DNA from: Bdellovibrio sp.
GTDB lineage: Bacteria > Bdellovibrionota > Bdellovibrionia > Bdellovibrionales > Bdellovibrionaceae
Direction of reading: 5' to 3'
DNA length: 10,154 bases
Assembly (NCBI GenBank): GCA_046318155.1
Contig: JBKCUU010000078.1
Location: 1 to 10,154 of the forward strand
The notes under the pieces are model-generated. The model was not told the DNA's origin. It saw nothing but the letters and a program-made list of their open reading frames with translations, and did no database searches. Positions 1 through 5,926 of the stretch are shown here, piece by piece. The translations under genes were made by a program, and so were the position numbers. Within the stretch, counting starts at the first letter, position 1. Each line of letters begins with the position of its first letter.

Positions 1-100
1 AACAGGCAAAGAGTTACGCAACTGTTATGGAAATATCGATCCACAAATCTTCGACAGGTCCCGACAAAGCTGACCTCAATCGGGCGTGCCATAGGACAGG

Positions 101-2218
101 CTAATCGGCTGAAAAGGTCCCTCTCGAGATTGGCGCCTGCAAGGTCAGATAACCCAGTCGCTTAACTCGGTCTATCACCACCTTTAGATCATCAATTCGG
201 ATGGGTTTTGTAGCAAAGTCATCCATCCCGGCTTCGAAACAATGCTCTTTGGTCTCCTTAAGCGCGTTGGCCGTCAGCGCGATGATCGGCGTGTGGTAAG
301 AACGAAGTTTTTGGAGTTCTCTAATTTCAATCGAAGCGGCATACCCATCCATGACTGGCATTTGGCAGTCCATGAGGATAAATTCAAAGCGATTTTCTTT
401 AAATTTTTCAACAGCTTCTTGACCGTTGTTTGCGATCGATACCCTATAGTTCATTCTTTCAAGCATCATTCGCGCGACGAGTTGATTGACTGGATTGTCT
501 TCGACAAGGAGAACCGTGGGTTTATTGTCTGCCAAGGAGTCCTTAGGTTCGTCCAGCCGAATCGGCGCTGCCGACTTTGTTCTCTTCGGATTCTTAAGGA
601 GTGCATGGATTTCTGAAACTCGCACCGGCAATTTAAGAAACGCACTGTTTGCAATTTGGTTGGCTCGGCAAAAATCAAAAAATTCTTGAGTCTGGTTGGG
701 CTTGATTAGAAACACAACAACAAGGTTGAGCTCACTCATCAGGCGAAGCTTTTCGGCGACCTCCTGCGGCTGGGTGCTTAGTAGCTGTGCGAGGTCCACA
801 AATAAAATTTCATCTAACGCGCAGTCGGCGCTTATCCTGATTTGAGAACGATAAAGTTCAATAATGGTTTGTTGTTTCGTGCAAACACCTTGGTACCTAA
901 CCGTTCGGAGCTCCGAGGACTTAGGAGGCGTTTCGGCTGATGACACCAGACTGTTAGCGGCCTTCGGGAGAAATGGAATTCGAATCGTAAATGTCGACCC
1001 AATTGCTTCTTGACTGGTGACGGTCAGCGCCCCATTCATCGCTTCGACGATTGATTTTGAAATAGTCAGCCCCAGTCCCGTTCCACCATACCGGCGATTA
1101 TCGGAGAGATCCGCCTGAGTAAAGGATTCAAAAATAGATGCGATTTTATCGTTTGGAATCCCGACTCCGGTGTCCTTGATACTAATTTCTAAAAACTGAT
1201 CGACAAGCCGAGAAAATATTTCGATGGATCCCGTTGGCGTGAACTTGATGGCATTTCCGGTTAGATTCAAAATGACCTGTTTCAGCCTTTTGACATCGCC
1301 CATCATTAGAGTTGGCAGGGTTGAGTCAATCGTTACAAAGAAGTCTAGATTTTTTCGATAAACTTCTGGAGCAAGAGCCTCCGCAACATTCTCAATGGCT
1401 TCTGGGAGGTTAAATTCTTTTTCTTCCAGCTCCAAACGTCCAGATTCGATTTTTGAGAAATCCAGAATCTCATTGATGATGTTAAGGAGGAACTCGCCCG
1501 AACGACTCACAATCGCCAGTTGCTCCTGCTGAACTTGATTGAGTTCGGTCGACTTAAGGATATCAACCATCCCAATCATCCCGTTCAGCGGAGTCCGAAG
1601 TTCGTGACTCATGTTTGCTAAGAACTCAGTTTTTGCTTTGTTGAGCCGGTTAAGCTCTTCTTTTTGCTGAGTCTGTTCAACGATGGTTTTTTTTCCGGCC
1701 TCAAGGGCCGTCGCGATATCGAGTTGCATCTTGTCGATGTACATGTAGCAATTAAAGTTTCCAGTTTTGTGTTCAAACTTAACTTTGCTAAACTCAAAGT
1801 TCGCCAGAGAAAGACGCCCCTCGGTTGCTCGTGGCGGGGTGATCGTCACTTGAGGATAAACTTCCTTGAGGTTCTTGAGCGCTTGTCCAGACGCGATATT
1901 GATGATTTCCTTAAACGACTCCATAACGAAATCTCGGTTTTCCCAATAATTTTTACCTTCTTCCCCGGGTGTGACTGGAATATCCAACATATGGAGCGCC
2001 GTGATTCGATTAATGCCAATCAAAAGCTCGCCATAAACTTGTCCGGTAAAAAAAACCGAGAAGTAAATGTCTTCTGTATCCTCAAAGCGAGTCGTTTTTT
2101 CGACTTCTTGATTGACCTCAAGCTCAATTGCAAAAAGGTTCTGCATCGTCTGACGAATTGAGTCCGAATAAACCGAACAACTCTTTTTTAAATCCAAATT
2201 GTTATGAGAGTTTTTCAC
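101..2218 (-). CDS. Soluble hybrid histidine kinase: N-terminal CheX/CheC-like domain, HisKA, HATPase_c, degenerate receiver, C-terminal receiver
   Basis: 705 aa. N-terminus has CheX-like features (FFTGQVYGELLIG, KEIINIASG = E104-x-x-N107, ITPP). H-box FLANMSHELRTP (H205), N-box QVILNLTGNAIKFT, G1 DTGVGI, F-box IFESFTQAD, G2 GGTGLGL. Receiver VLLVEDNPVN...ILMDCQMP (D617)...ALTAN...ATKP. No TM segment seen. GTG start overlaps the upstream TGA (GTGA). Confidence 0.93.
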   Translation of the reverse strand: MKNSHNNLDLKKSCSVYSDSIRQTMQNLFAIELEVNQEVEKTTRFEDTEDIYFSVFFTGQVYGELLIGINRITALHMLDIPVTPGEEGKNYWENRDFVMESFKEIINIASGQALKNLKEVYPQVTITPPRATEGRLSLANFEFSKVKFEHKTGNFNCYMYIDKMQLDIATALEAGKKTIVEQTQQKEELNRLNKAKTEFLANMSHELRTPLNGMIGMVDILKSTELNQVQQEQLAIVSRSGEFLLNIINEILDFSKIESGRLELEEKEFNLPEAIENVAEALAPEVYRKNLDFFVTIDSTLPTLMMGDVKRLKQVILNLTGNAIKFTPTGSIEIFSRLVDQFLEISIKDTGVGIPNDKIASIFESFTQADLSDNRRYGGTGLGLTISKSIVEAMNGALTVTSQEAIGSTFTIRIPFLPKAANSLVSSAETPPKSSELRTVRYQGVCTKQQTIIELYRSQIRISADCALDEILFVDLAQLLSTQPQEVAEKLRLMSELNLVVVFLIKPNQTQEFFDFCRANQIANSAFLKLPVRVSEIHALLKNPKRTKSAAPIRLDEPKDSLADNKPTVLLVEDNPVNQLVARMMLERMNYRVSIANNGQEAVEKFKENRFEFILMDCQMPVMDGYAASIEIRELQKLRSYHTPIIALTANALKETKEHCFEAGMDDFATKPIRIDDLKVVIDRVKRLGYLTLQAPISRGTFSAD

Positions 2219-2613
2219 GCTGCCCTCGACAACTGCTCAGGTAAAAATTTCTCGATGGTGTCCATGAGCGAATTTTTTGAATTCTCATTCTGCAACGAAA
2301 TAGTGCTTTTGTTTATAAAGCCCTTGGCGCCAATCCCCAAGCAATCACTGACGGTTGTCTCATCTGAGAGCCCGCTCACCATAATCACGATCGCCGCCGG
2401 ATCAATCGAAAGAATTTTCTCCAAGCATTGCTTGCCATTGCAGTTGGGCATTGTAATGTCCAACAAGACCAGATCGGGCCGATGCTTAATGAACAGTTCG
2501 ACCCCCTCGTTTCCATCGCTCCCGAAAGGGAGGACGTGCAGCTTTGAGGCAACAATTCGTGCAATGATTTTTTGCAGAGTCTTGTTGTCGTCAACGATGA
2601 GGACCCTTCTCAT
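2215..2613 (-). CDS. Single-domain CheY-like response regulator
   Basis: Start re-assigned from 2733 to ATG 2613 (MRRVLIVDD), which has AAGGAG 6 nt upstream. Motifs VLIVDD, PDLVLLDITMP, VIMVS, GAKGFINK resemble Bacillus/Thermotoga-type CheY. Confidence 0.9.
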   Translation of the reverse strand: MRRVLIVDDNKTLQKIIARIVASKLHVLPFGSDGNEGVELFIKHRPDLVLLDITMPNCNGKQCLEKILSIDPAAIVIMVSGLSDETTVSDCLGIGAKGFINKSTISLQNENSKNSLMDTIEKFLPEQLSRAA

Positions 2614-2619
2614 AAGATT

Positions 2620-2625
2620 CTCCTT
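2620..2625 (-). promoter_or_regulatory. Shine-Dalgarno site (AAGGAG) for the CheY-like gene
   Basis: Minus strand reads aaAAGGAGaatcttATG. Confidence 0.75.
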
Positions 2626-2693
2626 TTCTTTAATCTTCGCAAATCTTTGTCCAAAAAGAACTCGATCAAGATGAAGAAATTGACACAATCTGA

Positions 2694-3410
2694 CTAAGCG
2701 ACTTGTTTCCTTTCCTGCTTCGAATTCATCCACAACTGTCGACAGTTTTTTCTGATCAATTGCCTCTGCTTTTCATTCATTCCAACGAATGTCATTTGCA
2801 GGAGATAGAGCCCGCTTTCTGGAATCATTTCTGAGCTGAGACATCTCAAATAGACTTTATCGGATCCAAAAATTTCTGGCGACAAACTTGTTGCCTCGAC
2901 CGATTCACCCAGCAAAATTGGCGAGTCTGTCACAGCGCTGATGCCAAATTCAGAAATGGAATTGACTCGAAATGATTTCGAAAAATAGCCGGCCGAGAAT
3001 TTGGAGTTCGAGCTGACGTCGACACTGAAAAATTCATCTTTTTCATTTGGCTCGGACTTTCTGAGCTTCTCTTGGATGACAAGTGGATCAAGTGGCTTTA
3101 CAATATAGTCATTGGCGCCTAACGTAATCGCCTTTCGAACATCGTCGGTCTGATTTTTTCCGCTAATAATAATGATAGGTACTAGGCTGGATTGAGGTTG
3201 TTGACGAAGCAGAGTGATCAGATCATACCCTGAAATTTCAGGCATTTGAAGGTCTAGAAAAATCATATTGATTTTATTCTCAGCCGAAAACTTGAGCGCT
3301 TCTTTGTAGTTTGTATATGCGTGACAGGTGAATCCTAGGCGTTCTATCGATAAGGCCGCAACCTTTAAGTCCATGATGTTGTCGTCGATCAGTAGGATGT
3401 TGCCTTTCAT
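2694..3410 (-). CDS. Response regulator: N-terminal receiver plus C-terminal PilZ-like domain
   Basis: Receiver ILLIDDN, IFLDLQMPEISG, IIISG, GANDYIVKP. The C-terminal ~100 aa has NSISEFG (like PilZ D/N-x-S-x-x-G), alternating beta-strand pattern and a terminal 'TFVGMNEKQRQLIR' helix typical of PilZ folds. The PilZ call is less certain than the receiver call. Confidence 0.85.
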   Translation of the reverse strand: MKGNILLIDDNIMDLKVAALSIERLGFTCHAYTNYKEALKFSAENKINMIFLDLQMPEISGYDLITLLRQQPQSSLVPIIIISGKNQTDDVRKAITLGANDYIVKPLDPLVIQEKLRKSEPNEKDEFFSVDVSSNSKFSAGYFSKSFRVNSISEFGISAVTDSPILLGESVEATSLSPEIFGSDKVYLRCLSSEMIPESGLYLLQMTFVGMNEKQRQLIRKNCRQLWMNSKQERKQVA

Positions 3411-3416
3411 AACTTT

Positions 3417-3422
3417 CTCCTT
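3417..3422 (-). promoter_or_regulatory. Shine-Dalgarno site (AAGGAG) for the REC/PilZ-like gene
   Basis: Minus strand reads aaaAAGGAGaaagttATG. Confidence 0.75.
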
Positions 3423-3553
3423 TTTCCTCCTATACAGAGTAGCCGGTCTCGGTGTCGCTCTATTTCGTCTGCGGTGTTACTTTCTCCACAATTCTCAAGT
3501 TGAATCAAAAAAGTGCCTTGAATAGAGAATATTCCGAAGAAAGTGACGGATAA

Positions 3554-3562
3554 TGATAAACT
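3554..3562 (+). promoter_or_regulatory. Candidate extended -10 promoter (TGnTAAACT) for the OmpR-family gene
   Basis: TG-a-TAAACT lies 7 nt before ATG 3570, and no clear SD precedes that ATG. Confidence 0.4.
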
Positions 3563-3569
3563 TTTAGGC

Positions 3570-4265
3570 ATGAAGAAACTTTTGGTTATCGAAGATGATC
3601 TTGTCACCCAGGCCATTATTCAGAAGTCCCTACAAAATGAATACGTCGTCGTTAGTTGTTTGAATTTGGCGGAAGCTCGGTTGGCTCTAGAGGCCCAAGA
3701 ACTTCCCATTTTGATTCTACTTGATCGAGGGCTTCCCGATGGAGACGGCCTTGCTTTTTGCTCGCAACTTCGGCAACAGGAACGGTTTCAGTCTTTGCCG
3801 CTGATTTTTTTATCAGGAGCTACTTCTGAGAGTGATAAAGTCATTGGCCTATTTGCAGGCGCTGATGACTATATCACCAAGCCTTTTGGTGTTCTCGAGC
3901 TCAAGGCTCGAATTCAGGCGCGCCTCAGATTCACGCAAAAAATTTTGTCGATGGCAAATGTTCAGATCGATATTGATTCGCATAGGGCTTTTGTTTTGAG
4001 CGCTAACAAGACTCAAGAAATTGAATTGACGCGGATCGAATTCAAAATTTTGCATTCCTTCTTTCAGGCCTCAGATCGTGTTCTTTCTCGAAGCCACTTG
4101 CTTGACAAGGTATGGGGGGTGGGTTGTGCGATCAGTGACCGGGTAGTTGATACTCACGTCAGTCATTTACGTAAAAAGCTTCTCAACACCTACCTTCAGA
4201 TTGAGGCGATCAGAGGCGAGGGCTACCGAATGAAGTCAATTGCAACTCAAGCTCCCGCGGCCTGA
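3570..4265 (+). CDS. OmpR/PhoB-family DNA-binding response regulator (receiver + winged helix)
   Basis: LLVIEDD, ILLDRGLPDGDG, IFLS, GADDYITKPF. Trans_reg_C motifs LTRIEFKIL, VLSRSHLLDKVWG, RVVDTHVSHLRKKL, IRGEGY. ATG 3570 (MKKLLVIEDD) preferred over GTG 3543. Confidence 0.93.
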   Translation: MKKLLVIEDDLVTQAIIQKSLQNEYVVVSCLNLAEARLALEAQELPILILLDRGLPDGDGLAFCSQLRQQERFQSLPLIFLSGATSESDKVIGLFAGADDYITKPFGVLELKARIQARLRFTQKILSMANVQIDIDSHRAFVLSANKTQEIELTRIEFKILHSFFQASDRVLSRSHLLDKVWGVGCAISDRVVDTHVSHLRKKLLNTYLQIEAIRGEGYRMKSIATQAPAA

Positions 4266-4627
4266 TAAGAGCTTTTTTTATAGTTTGCAACTTCATCAAT
4301 TGTTTTCACAAAAATTTCATTGAACAACATGATCTGCTCGTGCAGTTGCTCTTCCGAGAGCTCAGCTGCGGTCTTTTCAATTTGATCAAGTTTTTCGTGT
4401 GCAAGCTCAGCCCCGATATTCCCGCATGACGATTTCAAAGAGTGGGCAACCTTGGAAAGCCCAATCCGATCGCCAGCCTTCCACATGGACTGGAGTTCGC
4501 TATGCTGCACTTTCCCAACAGTCGAAAAAAGTTGAATCAAATCCTGCACAAGTATTTGCCAATTGTCGGGATCGACCACTTGCCAACTCTGAAGAGTTTC
4601 TATGTTCAGAATTTTTTTGGCTGTCAT
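4247..4627 (-). CDS. Stand-alone Hpt (histidine phosphotransfer) protein
   Basis: 126 aa, helical, with Hpt signature VAHSLKSSCGNIGA. ATGA overlap with the upstream gene and GGAGG at 4632-4636. Confidence 0.92.
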   Translation of the reverse strand: MTAKKILNIETLQSWQVVDPDNWQILVQDLIQLFSTVGKVQHSELQSMWKAGDRIGLSKVAHSLKSSCGNIGAELAHEKLDQIEKTAAELSEEQLHEQIMLFNEIFVKTIDEVANYKKSSYQAAGA

Positions 4628-5046
4628 GCGGCCTCCATTTTTTCTAATAAATCTTTGAATTTTTTTAACATCTCAGAGGCCTTCAAAGGTTTCTTCCAAT
4701 AATCAACAATTTGAAATCCCCGACAATTTTCGAGTTCGCTGATGTCGATATCCTGTCCCGAGTGCAAGACAATTTTTCGCTCGGGAAGCTCACCGGATTT
4801 TCGATTCTCCGACCGATACTCAATTGTTTTCAAGAACTCCCGTCCTGAAAGATAAGGCATATTCCAGTCCAAAATAATAAGATCAAAGTGACTTCCACTT
4901 TCTTCGATCAGGGCTTGTTCGCCATCAAATGCCAAGAAGACTTGATGACCCAAACCCTGAGTGAGAAGATAGGGGCCGGCTGCATCACTAGACTGATCCT
5001 CAACAATTAGAATTCTCAAGGTTTTTTTGCCTTTTCTGAATTTCAT
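4624..5046 (-). CDS. Single-domain response regulator (divergent receiver)
   Basis: Start re-assigned to ATG 5046 (AGGAGG at 5051-5056, ATGA overlap with the upstream stop). Motifs ILIVEDQ, FDLIILDWNMP, VLHSG, YWKKP. Confidence 0.88.
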   Translation of the reverse strand: MKFRKGKKTLRILIVEDQSSDAAGPYLLTQGLGHQVFLAFDGEQALIEESGSHFDLIILDWNMPYLSGREFLKTIEYRSENRKSGELPERKIVLHSGQDIDISELENCRGFQIVDYWKKPLKASEMLKKFKDLLEKMEAA

Positions 5047-5477
5047 TTGACCTCCTTCGCGCCACGGGGCTGACACCAATTTGAGACCATTCTTAAAAGG
5101 TCTTGGCTACGAAATGGTTTAGCGAGAAAGTCATCCATTCCGACTTGTAGGCATTTTTCCCGGTCTCCCAACATCGTGTTTGCCGTCATGGCAATGATGG
5201 GACATCTTGTGGCGGAATTACGGAGCTTTTCGATGTTCCGGATCTCCTGGCACGCCTGAAGACCATCAAGCTCGGGCATTTGACAATCCATCAGAATCAA
5301 TTGGTAGGTATTGTTTTGATACATTTGAATTGCTTCTAACCCATTTTTTGCAAATGAAAATTGGTAGCCGTTTTTTTCTAAAATGAGACGGATAACTTTT
5401 TGGTTCACTTCGTTGTCCTCCGCAATCAAAATCTGGCCGCTCGTTTTGGTTTCGCCGGGTGCGCCTTGTGATCCCAG
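5043..5477 (-). CDS. Stand-alone receiver protein of hybrid-kinase type; probable CTG start at 5477 (alternative TTG 5429)
   Basis: QILIAEDNEVNQKV, LILMDCQMPELDG, PIIAMTAN, DREKCLQVGMDDFLAKP. The frame stays open upstream of 5429 until a TAA at 5516-5514, with no ATG or GTG. GGAGG (5483-5487) sits 5 nt before CTG 5477. The gene is confident; the start is less so. Confidence 0.85.
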   Translation of the reverse strand: MGSQGAPGETKTSGQILIAEDNEVNQKVIRLILEKNGYQFSFAKNGLEAIQMYQNNTYQLILMDCQMPELDGLQACQEIRNIEKLRNSATRCPIIAMTANTMLGDREKCLQVGMDDFLAKPFRSQDLLRMVSNWCQPRGAKEVK

Positions 5478-5482
5478 AAATT

Positions 5483-5487
5483 CCTCC
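5483..5487 (-). promoter_or_regulatory. Shine-Dalgarno site (GGAGG) before CTG 5477
   Basis: Minus strand reads ccGGAGGaatttCTGgga. Confidence 0.55.
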
Positions 5488-5643
5488 GGTTGAATTTGTT
5501 CGAGATTTAAACTTTAAGCCTTTAAGGTGTCGAATTGAGATGTATTTTGTGAAGATTTCATCATACAAGGATTGGACAGCCAAGATTATTTTGAAGCACA
5601 CTGATTGGAGGTCTGCGGTCGTCGCCAGATCGATCGTTCGTTC

Positions 5644-5651
5644 GGAGGAGG
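5644..5651 (+). promoter_or_regulatory. Shine-Dalgarno site (GGAGGAGG) for the H-NOX relic
   Basis: GGAGGAGGacatATG (ATG 5656). Confidence 0.7.
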
Positions 5652-5655
5652 ACAT

Positions 5656-5926
5656 ATGTATGGAATGGTCAATCAAGCAATCAAGGGATTGGTCCCCTCA
5701 AAATTTTGCGAAGGTTCCCGAAACAGAATTGCCGAAAGTGCGAGTGTTTCACCCGAGGATTTCATATTCATCGAGTACGATCCCGACGAGGTGACTTGTC
5801 GACTCGTCGGAGCTACCTCCATGGGATGGGAATGACCATGCCAAATTTGAGCCCACCCTCGTTTTGATTTTGAAGAGATTAAAAGCTCGGAATTTGTCCT
5901 GAAATATTTATATTCTTAGAAAGTAG
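5656..5926 (+). pseudogene. Degraded H-NOX (HNOB, heme NO/O2-binding) gene
   Basis: 5656-5835 encodes MYGMVNQAIKGLVPSKFCEGSRNRIAESASVSPEDFIFIEYDPDEVTCRLVGATS, matching the H-NOX N-terminus (MYG.VN.A...LV...FGE..W..I....Y.D..TY.LV.AAS). Another frame (5817-5864) encodes LHGMGMTMPNLSPPSF (H-NOX LH.RV....P.L.PPSF). After one extra T, 5866-5907 encodes DFEEIKSSEFVLKY. Only 271 nt versus ~550 nt for an intact gene. Lies directly upstream of an HNOBA kinase. Confidence 0.85.

Noticed and set aside
1..104. Two + strand frames open from the left edge (stops ending at 73 and 104)
   Set aside because: Too short and motif-free to decide whether either is the end of a real gene.
101..2613. Canonical chemotaxis (che) operon
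   Set aside because: CheX-like and CheY-like parts are present, but the kinase is class I HisKA rather than CheA, and no CheW, CheR, CheB or MCP appears.
242..2674. Alternative ORFs 242-616, 466-678, 486-689, 1664-2161, 2204-2674, 2385-2594
   Set aside because: Antisense or out-of-frame shadows of well-supported genes with no recognisable motifs.
3328..3616. Small ORFs 3328-3525 (+) and 3407-3616 (-) over the divergent spacer
   Set aside because: They overlap the starts of real genes, lack SD sites and motifs, and the region fits a divergent promoter.
5266..5835. ORFs 5266-5676 (-), 5459-5794 (+) and the 5605 start of ORF 5605-5835
   Set aside because: The first two have no motifs and overlap better-supported features. 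The third is better started at ATG 5656, which has an SD and the H-NOX MYG start.
5815..5870. Programmed frameshifting restoring a functional H-NOX
   Set aside because: About half the domain is physically missing, including an intact YxSxR motif, so recoding cannot rebuild it.
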